From IMG/VR virus record IMGVR_UViG_3300035208_005974, positions 60,608 to 124,607 of that record: DNA of 64,000 nt, one strand, 5' to 3'. The stretch is from a virus. Its lineage: Duplodnaviria > Caudoviricetes. Below the pieces are notes generated by a model, which was given only the letters and a program-made list of their open reading frames with translations, was not told the origin of the DNA and searched no databases. This document shows, one piece after another, positions 40,657 to 50,538 of this stretch (within the stretch, counting starts at the first letter, position 1; each line of letters starts with the position of its first letter). The position numbers and the translations under genes were made by a program.

Positions 40657-40772
40657 AAACTGCTCAGCAGCAGCAATTGGAATAATGCGGCTAACACGGG
40701 TTCACAGGCGCGTTATGCGATTTACTATCGGTGGCATGCGTATTCGTATTGCGGCGGTCGCTTTGTCACAGA
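40657..40772 (+). ncRNA. DGR template repeat (TR)
   Basis: Non-coding copy of VR 178 bp downstream, A-rich at variable codons (AGC AGC AGC AAT TGG AAT AAT ... AAC). Confidence 0.88.
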
Positions 40773-40896
40773 TCCAGGAAAAGCGCGGAGAGCAACTCCT
40801 GGCTGGACTCGCTAACCTTGTCGAAAGGCAAAACACACAACGGAGGAGATGGGCAACTAGTACCCGGCAGGAACGATGCCTATCTCAAAAATCAAT

Positions 40897-41895
40897 ATGA
40901 AACGCCACGGTGACCTTTTTGAGAAGATAATTGAGCTAGATAATATCTATCTGGCTTACCGAAAGGCCCGGAAGGGCAAGAGTTGGCAGAATACTATCAG
41001 CCGGTTCGATGATGATCTGGATGAGAACATTTTCAACGTCAGGGACGCTTTGATTGAGAAGACATTCACCACATCTCCGTACACCGAGAAGATGATCTAC
41101 GAACCTAAGCAGAGGATCATCTACAAGCTGCCTTTCAATCCGGATAGAGTGGTCCAACATGCCCTAATGAATGTCTTGGAACCAATATGGAGCGGCCTGT
41201 TCATCCACGACTCGTATGCTTGCCGGGAAGGAAAGGGGATCCATGCCGCAAGTCGAAGAACCATGGACTTCATGAGAGCAGCAGAACCAGGAGCTTATTG
41301 CCTGAAAATGGATATCAGGAAGTTCTATCCATCGATAGACCATGACATCCTCTTTGGGATTGTCCGGCGAAAAATCAAGTGCCCGGACACTCTATGGCTG
41401 CTGGAGGACATCATCTACAGCATTCCAGGAGGCAAGAACGTGCCCATCGGGAACTACACAAGCCAATGGCTTGGCAACCTCTACATGAACGAGCTAGATC
41501 AGTTCCTTAAGCACGAAATGAAAATCAGGCACTACATCCGCTATTGCGATGATTTCATTCTGCTCCACAAAGACAAGAGATTCCTTCACCAGATGGCTGA
41601 GGAAATAGAGCATTTCCTGGCCGAAAGGCTCGCTCTGACCCTGAGCAAGAACGATATTTTTCCAGTTCGCCAGGGCATAGATTTCTTGGGATACCGCCAT
41701 TTCCCTGACCACATCCTTGTCAGAAAGTCCACCGCCAAGCGGATCAAGCGCCGGATGAGATCTCTTCCTGGTCAGCTTGCCAGAGGCGAAATCACGCCAG
41801 ATCAATATCGATCTTCGATGGCATCGACCGAGGGCTGGCTTCTATGGGCGAATAGCTTCAACTTCAAGCAATCTCTGGGGCTTGCCAATGCCTGA
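40897..41895 (+). CDS. DGR reverse transcriptase
   Basis: MKRHGDLFEKI start, DRVVQHA, LKMDIRKFYPSI, PIGNYTSQ, YIRYCDD and GIDFLGY. Confidence 0.96.
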   Translation: MKRHGDLFEKIIELDNIYLAYRKARKGKSWQNTISRFDDDLDENIFNVRDALIEKTFTTSPYTEKMIYEPKQRIIYKLPFNPDRVVQHALMNVLEPIWSGLFIHDSYACREGKGIHAASRRTMDFMRAAEPGAYCLKMDIRKFYPSIDHDILFGIVRRKIKCPDTLWLLEDIIYSIPGGKNVPIGNYTSQWLGNLYMNELDQFLKHEMKIRHYIRYCDDFILLHKDKRFLHQMAEEIEHFLAERLALTLSKNDIFPVRQGIDFLGYRHFPDHILVRKSTAKRIKRRMRSLPGQLARGEITPDQYRSSMASTEGWLLWANSFNFKQSLGLANA

Positions 41896-42175
41896 GCGAT
41901 TCGGAGAATTCGCTGAAGAAGAAACGTTCGAAGGAGAGAAGCTCCGGCTCGATGAGATCCTGAACAAAGAAATCCTGGTGACAGGATACAAAATCAAGGA
42001 CAGCCACCAGAAGAAAGGCACACAATATCTCACGATTCACTTTGAGATGGAAGGTAAGCAGCACATCGCGTTCACGGGCTCGATGGTGCTGATGGACCAG
42101 CTGAAGAAATACGAATCACACTTACAATTTATATCTATAATAAAGAAAATAAATAAGCACTACACGTTTTCATGA
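41888..42175 (+). CDS. Small beta-rich protein coupled to the RT; possible non-Avd DGR accessory factor
   Basis: Overlaps the RT stop; MPERFGEF...ILNKEI...FTGS.VLMDQL. Confidence 0.6.
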   Translation: MPERFGEFAEEETFEGEKLRLDEILNKEILVTGYKIKDSHQKKGTQYLTIHFEMEGKQHIAFTGSMVLMDQLKKYESHLQFISIIKKINKHYTFS

Positions 42176-42185
42176 GGTTGACACG

Positions 42186-42434
42186 ATGAGAGGATATCCA
42201 GACGGCCCGCTAACCAAGCGGGATTACGAGAACCTGCTCAGCATGCCGGAGTATGCTAAACAGGCGAAAGAAGATCTAGCCAGGCTGGCGGCTATCGATG
42301 ATGCAAAGGCAACTGTTGAACAGGGCACAGAAGACGCCCCCAACCCGGTAGAGATAGACAACCCAATGCCCATGTGGAAGCGGGCCGGATTCAAGGACAA
42401 AGACGAGCTACTGAAGCTGGCAAAAATGGAGTAA
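42186..42434 (+). CDS. Hypothetical protein in the DGR island
   Basis: GAGG RBS; GC-rich like the island. Confidence 0.6.
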   Translation: MRGYPDGPLTKRDYENLLSMPEYAKQAKEDLARLAAIDDAKATVEQGTEDAPNPVEIDNPMPMWKRAGFKDKDELLKLAKME

Positions 42435-42567
42435 AATGGCCTCTGTGCGAATTTCAAGGCATTGGAGGACTTGGTAGCATCCGAGAAAGCCGATAAAGAG
42501 AAGAGGACCGAACCAGCTAAGAAGAATACGGTCAAAAATATATGAGTTTTAGTTTTGAGGTTACACA

Positions 42568-42792
42568 ATGACAGAAACCGTTGAACAATATCCCTGGGAA
42601 TCCCAAATTGCGTTAGTCGCATTCTTGGGAACGTTAGCATCACTAGCAACAATGCTAGGATTTGTAAGTTTGTCTGTAGAACAAATAGCTGCTTTAGGTG
42701 TGGTTATATTTCCATTAATTGTTGCACTGCGAAAGTGGAGCAAAGGCGAAAAAATAGTATTACGGAAATCAGACACTTTGGAGACCAAATAA
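42568..42792 (+). CDS. Small two-TM membrane protein (holin-like)
   Basis: Two hydrophobic segments and a charged C-terminus. Confidence 0.45.
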   Translation: MTETVEQYPWESQIALVAFLGTLASLATMLGFVSLSVEQIAALGVVIFPLIVALRKWSKGEKIVLRKSDTLETK

Positions 42793-42848
42793 CATGATTA
42801 AAAAAATTATATTTTTTGTAGCAGTCCTGATGTTAGGCAAAAAGTTGT

Positions 42849-44508
42849 ATGGACGGTAATATGATCTCATATTTACTTTTGGTTGCTACTATTGCGTTTG
42901 CAGGTCTCGCATTGTTGTTTTTTGTACACTACCGAAAAATGATAGACCTAGAAATTGCATTAAGTCGGTCTGAAACTAGAGAAAAATCATTACAAACGTC
43001 TCTTGACAATTACAGTAACAAATACGAAAAAATAATTAAGTGTTTTAGCGGATCTAATACAACCGAAGAAAAAATTTCGTATATATCGAAACTCATAGGT
43101 GATTAATTCAATGCTTGAAAGTATTGCATTTGGTATTGCATTTGTTGCCTTTGGGTTACTAGCCATGATGTTTCTTTTCTTATGGTCCGCGAATGTACGA
43201 GGTTCTAGGGAATGTGAAGACGCAGCAAAGTTCCTGGAAAGCTTATCTGGCTTGGAAGATCCGTCTGCAGAGGCAGCTAGATTCTTACGTATGAACAAAG
43301 AAGACGTTGAATTGGAGATAAAAAAAGGACGCTTACTAACGCTTGTTGGCAATCATATTGCAGCAACAGCCGCTACCTTAAAGTCCCCTATTCCTATTAT
43401 TCGGTGGTAATCCATGGAACTATCAATTTCTCCGAGACGTGCATTCCAAATAGGTTTTATTATTTGTACCTTGCTGGCTGGCGTTTATTTGGCATTGTTT
43501 ATGTTCTCCATTGGATTGTCAGGAACAGGTGCTGGGGATACTGCAGAACTGGAGATATATGTTGGTCAAGGATCATTAAGAGTAGAACATGATGGAAACA
43601 CGTTTCGCGATGATTCTGGATTCAGCGACGGTAGTGGAACGTATCGGTATGATAGAGTTTGGGATGAATCTAATGAAAGTGTTTCAAAGAATTTCGTAGT
43701 TGAAGGCGGCAAAGGTACCATATATGACCGCGACATTACGTTGATTAGCGGTAGTGGTGTCAATAGATTGTATCGCGTAACCAATATTGAAGGCGATTAT
43801 GAATCTAGTGTCGAAACCACATTCGAACTAAACTTGTCAGAATCCACGGTAACCATTAATGTTGGTAATGGCATCGCAAAATTGGATTTGCGCGTCATGA
43901 AAAAATCAGATCATGGTCCGGCTACAATGGAAGAAGTCCAAGCATACGGTAACTTCACGATGAGGTCGTATTACAATCTTAGTGCCGAAGAACAAGAAGC
44001 TGCTGTAAACCAAGATCCACTAGCGTTTTGTATTGAATTGGATAAAGACAACATCCTAGATGATACTGTACCTGATGCAGTATACATCGCGCCAGTTGGC
44101 TACAAAATGATAAATGGAAAACTGTTCAAAGATGTAACAACATGATAGAAGGTATTTTATGCCTAATGAAATCATTTTTTTCCAAGGTTTTTTCATGGGA
44201 ACACTATTTGGAATTTTAATAGTAGTACTTCTTATTCTTGGGTTGCTGGTAGGAACATGAAACAAGATTCGTTGTCATTGGCATGCGCTATCATAATGGC
44301 AATAGCTGCATCTATTAGTGTATACATTGACATATATGATCAAGTTGAAGACACATTACAAGCAGTTAATGACAATGAATCTATTCAACCAATACAAGAA
44401 CAACCAGAATATAGAATTATTTTTATAGATAGTGAAAAAGTATATGCCATTGATTATGATAAAAACCTGATATATTTAAGTGATACAAGTAATATTAGTA
44501 ATATATAA
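42849..44508 (+). other. Cluster of N-terminally membrane-anchored proteins (42849..43106, 43099..43410, 43414..44145, 44257..44508)
   Basis: Each ORF has an N-terminal hydrophobic helix; spacing is operon-like. Confidence 0.55.
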
Positions 44509-44510
44509 TA

Positions 44511-44720
44511 TATATAGTAGTTATATAATATAGTAGTATAGTAGTAATATAGTAGTATATATAGTAAATATAGTTTACGTATATTGATTATATAGTAATA
44601 TAGTAGTTGTATAGTAAAAGTTATAAGTGCTTAAACTTGTAGTAATAAAAAACATTTACTATATTACCGTATTATTCACTTTACTGATATTGGTTTTAGC
44701 AAAAATATCTAAATTTGCAA
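44511..44720. repeat. AT-rich repeat region; inverted homolog of 10470-10660
   Basis: Its reverse complement aligns colinearly with the 10.5 kb region. Confidence 0.8.
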
Positions 44721-44874
44721 TATAGGATACATTATGCCATTCTTGCGTTGTGATGTTTGCGGAAATCTTTATAGTGTCGATACAACGTGCCAGATATGTC
44801 ATAAAAAATACATGGAATTATATAAAAAAGAAAGAAGTTCAAGAGAAGAAAATTACAAAAAAAATAATATTTTT

Positions 44875-45345
44875 TTACAAAATAATATTTCCTAATTTTT
44901 TAACTGATTCCATCCGCCAGATTACCTGACAGTATTGACCACATTCTTCACATTCCCAAATTTCGTCTACGCATTTACCATTTGGTGGATGATTATGGTA
45001 AGAAAGACTTGCTCGTTCCGTTAGAAAATCGGATCCACAATACGGGCACTTTATATTTTCGTCGTGGTTGTTAAAATTGTTAAAATTGTTTATACATTTT
45101 TGTAGCATCTTTTTATCAGAGCCTACGTTGTCGTTATCATTGTTTTTAGAATCATCTTGATACGTGACACCATATTCAGTAGGTATCGATTCGTTAATGT
45201 AATTCATGGCATCTTCTAGATTTTCGCATGTTTTTTCAAGGAAAAGATCTTCGGTTGGTACATCGTTATCTACGCATGCAATATATCGTACTTCGAAACA
45301 GTTGTCAGAAACTTTCCTGATTACATATGCATTGTTGCTAGACAT
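44875..45345 (-). CDS. Zinc-ribbon protein
   Basis: CPYCG...CEECG. Confidence 0.55.
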   Translation of the reverse strand: MSSNNAYVIRKVSDNCFEVRYIACVDNDVPTEDLFLEKTCENLEDAMNYINESIPTEYGVTYQDDSKNNDNDNVGSDKKMLQKCINNFNNFNNHDENIKCPYCGSDFLTERASLSYHNHPPNGKCVDEIWECEECGQYCQVIWRMESVKKLGNIIL

Positions 45346-45357
45346 TTTTTATCCTCC

Positions 45358-45720
45358 CTAACTTATTTTTTGTATTTTACACATCGCTGGTGGTTCTGGC
45401 TTTATTGGCGATGAACTAGTTTTGGTCGGCGCTGGTTTAGTTAGTGGTTGTTCTGTTTTTGTTGGTTTTTCTGTATTTTCTTTTTTTGATATATTTTTTG
45501 TTTTTTTCCTCTTCCCAGGAATTGCTGTATCTACAATAACAATAGTGTATTTTTCTTTATTAGCAGTAGCCATACGTTTTTTTGTTAGCTTTTCTACACG
45601 AAGCCTGCCGGTTTGTACTCCTTCTAGAAGTACAGAAACGTCTTCGGAATAGTCATTTTCTTCCATGGAACCATTTTTAGTTGTTCTAGTATATAAATGT
45701 TTTGGAAACGTTGTAACCAA
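45358..45720 (-). CDS. Hypothetical basic protein
   Basis: Open frame with a Lys/Pro-rich tail; start uncertain. Confidence 0.45.
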   Translation of the reverse strand: MVTTFPKHLYTRTTKNGSMEENDYSEDVSVLLEGVQTGRLRVEKLTKKRMATANKEKYTIVIVDTAIPGKRKKTKNISKKENTEKPTKTEQPLTKPAPTKTSSSPIKPEPPAMCKIQKIS

Positions 45721-45821
45721 AAACTATATAACTACCAAATTGAATGATTAATTTGTGTTAGAAAAAAAGAATTGTGGCTTGGTACCAAAAACTATTTATA
45801 TACTTCAAATAAACACAATAC

Positions 45822-47387
45822 TTGGAGGATAAAAAAGTGAAAAACATAAAGGGAAAATCGCCATATCGCGAGAATATTCGGGGCAATAGCGATTGCGTGT
45901 TCTTCGAACAAGCAGATGGTTTAATTCCAGTTGTTGGCGAGCATGTACATGCAATACGATGCTATGATTCACTGTCGATTGGCTCAATCATGCACAATGT
46001 AATGTATGTGAAGCCAACAGTTGGATTCAAAATAAAGACATTGCGAAAAGTTCCATTGACGTTACCGGAATCGGTTGTTAATGATCCAGAATATACGTCA
46101 TTTCCGGAACATTTAGCAATTAGTAATATTGAATTGTATAACATTCGATATACTGAATCAACAGATACTTCAGAAATAGGTGCAATTGCATTTACATACA
46201 ATGACAACGTTGTGATGTTTTATTTGCCATCATATAATTCATTTGTGTGTGGAAATCTTGGGTGGCATGAGCACTACATAACACTATTTCTGCAGAATGT
46301 TTGGTCACAAATCACAGCAGAATTGAATCTAGAGAAAATAGATAACGCCATCATACAAGATATTACTAAGAAGAAAGTGGAAGTTCTTATTGGGGCCGAT
46401 CCAGAATTCGAACTAACCAAGAATAACCGAGTCTTGAAGGCAGATCGACACATACACGTTACTGATATGTATCATGGTCCAATCGGGGTTGATGGAGCGT
46501 CTGCCCAAATAGAAATTAGACCAAAGCCCGGAACTCCCGCACAAGTTACCCGAAACATCAAGAAACTCATAAAAACATTTAGTTCCGACTACGAAGAATT
46601 TGACTTGTCAACGGTTGGAAATAAATATCCACTTGGTGGTCATATCCATGTAGGCATTGGAACCGAATATTCTCCAGATCGTGATTTAATTTCATTACTG
46701 GATCACTTTGTTGGGTCTGCAACAATTGAAATGTCAGGAACAGCTCGTTCTGAATACAAGCATCTTGGAAAGTGTAGAAGTCAGCCACACGGATTTGAAT
46801 ATAGAACACCGCCTGGTTCCGTGTTCATGAATCCGGGAATGGCTTTCATTACAATGAAAATTGTAAAAAACATATGTGAACAGTATTTTAATGAAGGCGA
46901 AATTGAATACGATGATTCTATGAGTCCAGTGGTACAAGACTATGTTAATGTTTGCGGGCTAACAAAAAAGCAAGCAGAATATTTCCTGAATACATGTCGA
47001 AATTATACTCCCACGAAAAGTATGCGAGCATCCTGGAAGATGCCTCCGGCTACAAAAAAGGTATCAACCATGCATCCAGTTGAACTCAAGTTCACGGATG
47101 GATGGTCAGAATATGTCCGGAATTCCATTGCAAACGAATTTGAAGAATTTGAAACATCCATAAAAGATATATCTATATACTTCTATATGGTTACTGAGGC
47201 AGATAGTGCCTGTACGCTTTGCGTAGAAGGATTTGATTTGGATGGAAATGGTACGCCAGTAATTGAAAACAACATTCTAGAAGTTGGCATATCTAGAAAC
47301 CTTGCTGAATATGGCATGACCATTCGTCAGTATAGAAATATCGGAAGCACTATCAGAAATATCATAACATCTTTCGAGGATGAATGA
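45822..47387 (+). CDS. phiEco32-like COOH-NH2 ligase (amidoligase, type 2)
   Basis: IGADPEFE, IG.DG..QIEIRP, GGHIHVG and HGFEYRTP motifs. Confidence 0.85.
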   Translation: MEDKKVKNIKGKSPYRENIRGNSDCVFFEQADGLIPVVGEHVHAIRCYDSLSIGSIMHNVMYVKPTVGFKIKTLRKVPLTLPESVVNDPEYTSFPEHLAISNIELYNIRYTESTDTSEIGAIAFTYNDNVVMFYLPSYNSFVCGNLGWHEHYITLFLQNVWSQITAELNLEKIDNAIIQDITKKKVEVLIGADPEFELTKNNRVLKADRHIHVTDMYHGPIGVDGASAQIEIRPKPGTPAQVTRNIKKLIKTFSSDYEEFDLSTVGNKYPLGGHIHVGIGTEYSPDRDLISLLDHFVGSATIEMSGTARSEYKHLGKCRSQPHGFEYRTPPGSVFMNPGMAFITMKIVKNICEQYFNEGEIEYDDSMSPVVQDYVNVCGLTKKQAEYFLNTCRNYTPTKSMRASWKMPPATKKVSTMHPVELKFTDGWSEYVRNSIANEFEEFETSIKDISIYFYMVTEADSACTLCVEGFDLDGNGTPVIENNILEVGISRNLAEYGMTIRQYRNIGSTIRNIITSFEDE

Positions 47388-48985
47388 AGAAAGTAATTTC
47401 AGGTCAGAAGCCCATGCGTAGATCTCCTAGCCATAGAATGGGCGAAGAATACTTGGATGCAGTAATTAGTGAATTAACTAAATATTTTTCTGTGTGCTAT
47501 AGTCATGGGGCCATTACGTCAAGCCATCCCAAAAATACGTTTGGAGCATATTCTGAAGTTTACATGAAACCAACGATAGTATCATCCATTAATATAACAA
47601 CAGATCCTGATATCAGAAATACTTTGAATAAAGATTCGGTGTTTTTTGAACACCAAATACACTATGTGAAATTAGATGACAATCGATATGGCAATGTTTA
47701 TAGTCCCAATATCATAGAAATTATGGTAGATGGAATATATGCTGGTGTTTATGTTCCTGAGGACAACAATTTGTTTTGCTCTGATTGGACGCATAGCATG
47801 TATTGTATTAACGTATTTCATGACGTCTGGCCGAAACTAATAAATGTCCTGAATTTGAGGCCCCTCGAAAACACAGATACCAGTAATGTTATTCCTATTT
47901 CTGGTGGAGTTTTAATTGGGGCCGATCCGGAATTTGAACTCGTAAAAAATGGAGAGATTATAGAGGCAAGTGACCTGATTTATGACGATGATGAATGTAG
48001 TAATCCAATTGGTTTAGATGGTTCGGGTGATCAAGTAGAAATTCGACCAAATCCTGGATCACCGAGAAAAGTCATAAAAAACATTAGAACGCTAATCAAA
48101 GAATTTTCCAATGAATATAAAAATTATGACTTAACCGATAGCGGTGATATGTATCCATTAGGTGGTCATATTCATGTAGGTGTTGGAGAAAAATACTATC
48201 CTCCGAGTTCCTTAATAACGTTGTTGGACGATTTTATTGGGCGGCCAACTACTAACCTTTCAGGTGAAGCTCGCGAAAACTATGGAGGTTTGGGCGATGT
48301 TCGTGCACAGCCACACGGATTTGAATACAGGACACCACCAGCGAGCATATTTGGTAATCCAATGGTGGCGTATTGTTCGTTGGAAGCAACCAGAAATCTA
48401 TGCAATAAGTTCTTTAATGAAGAAACATTTGAATATGTCCTGGATAGTGAACGCAACGGTATTCCATATGCCCAAGATTACGTGAAGTATTGCGGACTAA
48501 CCGAAAAACAAGCTAACTATTTCGTGGACTTTCTATATAATTATGTTCCTGCGAAAAGTATTAGGGCCTCCTGGAAACTTCCGCCTGCTGATGTTGTCGA
48601 AGAAGAAGAAAATACGTCATCAAATGTTACCGTAGAATTTAGGGATAGGTGGGCATCGAGTGCGCGCCACGAAATGAATTGGGTTGTTGAACAAATTGTA
48701 AATTCCCATATTGTACCTTCTGATATTGAACTCCATATGGTGTTCTATGGCCTTAATAGGAATCGTGGAAACAACGCATCTTCCATAAATGCTATACCGT
48801 TTTTAGTTGCAATAGAAAGTCCACCATATCCATTGTGGCGCGGTAGTTACGAAGATGGTGACCGTACACTTTATATAGGAATACCGCAATGTAGAAGAAC
48901 AGAAAATTCCATTACCGGAACAGTTAGATCTTTCATACTGGATAGTCTAATAAATATAATATCGGAGGACATAAGATGTGTATAA
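47384..48985 (+). CDS. phiEco32-like COOH-NH2 ligase, second paralog
   Basis: Same motif set as the upstream gene. Confidence 0.85.
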   Translation: MKKVISGQKPMRRSPSHRMGEEYLDAVISELTKYFSVCYSHGAITSSHPKNTFGAYSEVYMKPTIVSSINITTDPDIRNTLNKDSVFFEHQIHYVKLDDNRYGNVYSPNIIEIMVDGIYAGVYVPEDNNLFCSDWTHSMYCINVFHDVWPKLINVLNLRPLENTDTSNVIPISGGVLIGADPEFELVKNGEIIEASDLIYDDDECSNPIGLDGSGDQVEIRPNPGSPRKVIKNIRTLIKEFSNEYKNYDLTDSGDMYPLGGHIHVGVGEKYYPPSSLITLLDDFIGRPTTNLSGEARENYGGLGDVRAQPHGFEYRTPPASIFGNPMVAYCSLEATRNLCNKFFNEETFEYVLDSERNGIPYAQDYVKYCGLTEKQANYFVDFLYNYVPAKSIRASWKLPPADVVEEEENTSSNVTVEFRDRWASSARHEMNWVVEQIVNSHIVPSDIELHMVFYGLNRNRGNNASSINAIPFLVAIESPPYPLWRGSYEDGDRTLYIGIPQCRRTENSITGTVRSFILDSLINIISEDIRCV

Positions 48986-49770
48986 TTGCAGCTTGTGAAG
49001 ATAGGAAAATGACTTCACAAGAAATTGAGAATTGCTTCAAGAATAACGGAGATGGTGCTGGGGTAGCTTATTGCACAGAAAATGGAAAAATACATGTGGA
49101 AAAAGGATTCATGACATTGGAAGAATTTCAACGATATTACGAAACTCTTGATGTTCTGCCTCATGTGGCACATTTCCGAATTGCAACGTCTGGTGACGTT
49201 TCGCCGGAAATGACACATCCATATAAGATTGAAATGGAAAGCCGATTAGTGATAACTGGCGACATTGAAACTCCAGTATTGTTCCACAACGGTGTAATTG
49301 GAGATTATAATGCGTTGTACCTTAACATGCTAACTAGTGGCATGATTGACATGTTGAGGGGTCCAATAAATGATACAAGAGTAGCCGCAGTTATGGCGGC
49401 TGTTTTTGACGAAGAAATACTACAGTCATTATCCGGAAAGTTTGTTGTAATGAAACCAGATGGCATTACTACCATGTGGGGAGACTTCGAAAATGTAAAT
49501 GGAGTACACTTCTCAAACAATGGATACAAGAAAATAGCGTATACCCCATGTGTATATAATGCCAACAACAAAAATCGGAACTACAATTACAACAAGAACA
49601 ACAAAAAACAAGTTACAGAAACCAAAGATAATTGGGACAGTGATGAATGGTTTCAGGCCTATCAAGATTGCCCTTACCAAAATTCGGAAGCACATGCATG
49701 CGATTATGATTGCGTTGAATGTGCTATTGAACGAGCACATATGGAAGGAGGGAAATGCAATGTCGATTAA
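48976..49770 (+). CDS. Class II (Ntn) glutamine amidotransferase
   Basis: N-terminal MC, N.DGAG, HFRIAT.G, HP, FHNG and DT motifs. Confidence 0.88.
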   Translation: MCIIAACEDRKMTSQEIENCFKNNGDGAGVAYCTENGKIHVEKGFMTLEEFQRYYETLDVLPHVAHFRIATSGDVSPEMTHPYKIEMESRLVITGDIETPVLFHNGVIGDYNALYLNMLTSGMIDMLRGPINDTRVAAVMAAVFDEEILQSLSGKFVVMKPDGITTMWGDFENVNGVHFSNNGYKKIAYTPCVYNANNKNRNYNYNKNNKKQVTETKDNWDSDEWFQAYQDCPYQNSEAHACDYDCVECAIERAHMEGGKCNVD

Positions 49771-50053
49771 GTGGCTACGCCTAAAGCGAATATGCGAGGA
49801 AATGACTAATAGGATTGTACAAATTCATAGTTCCACTGAATTAGATGATGACCATATTGCTGCAACCGAATTCAACGAGCAGGAAGCCACTATACTCCTA
49901 AATAGTGGCAGAACAAAATCTGTTGAAATGGTAATTAAGGCGATTGCCCATGAGTTAACCCACATTCAAGAAAACAGCAATAACCACAATATAGACTTTA
50001 ATGAAAAGTGGGAGAAAAATGTAGAAATTGTTACTGAAAAGTATAATAAATAA
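49760..50053 (+). CDS. Small zincin-like metallopeptidase
   Basis: IAHELTH...H...F motif; start reassigned to MSIKW. Confidence 0.6.
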   Translation: MSIKWLRLKRICEEMTNRIVQIHSSTELDDDHIAATEFNEQEATILLNSGRTKSVEMVIKAIAHELTHIQENSNNHNIDFNEKWEKNVEIVTEKYNK

Positions 50054-50112
50054 CAGGAAGTGAATCAATTACAACAAAAGGATTATTTTTTATTTTTATA
50101 TTAATTTTTTTA

Positions 50113-50532
50113 ATGCCATCCGTGCAATCATACGATTTCGAGGAAAGCACGAACCAAGAATTAATAACCGAAGTAGAAAGTATATTAAATAGCTATCATT
50201 TCACTAAAGAATATACCCATGGGGAATTTGATTGTTCTGACATGTCAAAACAAGTAATGAACATATTAGAACAACAAAATATCAGTAGCTTCCTTGTGTA
50301 TAAAGTTGATCCTAGTACATTGGAAGCACATGCCTGGGTAAGTGTGGTCGAAAACAGTACATTCGCTATTATGATTGATCCAACTTATGGCGGTATAAAT
50401 AATGTTGGCATCATAATGCACAAAGAAAAAAGTCCCTTTTACTTTTCAGATGTTTATATAATGACGTTTGAAGAATATGCATACCGAACTGGAGATTTTT
50501 TGGAAAGCCAAAAATTATATGAAAAAATATAA
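50113..50532 (+). CDS. Transglutaminase/papain-like Cys protease domain protein
   Basis: FDCSD...HAWV...IDP triad pattern. Confidence 0.65.
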   Translation: MPSVQSYDFEESTNQELITEVESILNSYHFTKEYTHGEFDCSDMSKQVMNILEQQNISSFLVYKVDPSTLEAHAWVSVVENSTFAIMIDPTYGGINNVGIIMHKEKSPFYFSDVYIMTFEEYAYRTGDFLESQKLYEKI

Positions 50533-50538
50533 AAAAGT

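Noticed and set aside
40876-41895. Group II intron or retron RT
   Set aside because: No maturase or endonuclease domain. The SQ motif and the adjacent TR/VR pair indicate a DGR.
41888-42175. Avd accessory protein
   Set aside because: The sequence pattern is beta-rich and lacks the helical-bundle character of Avd.
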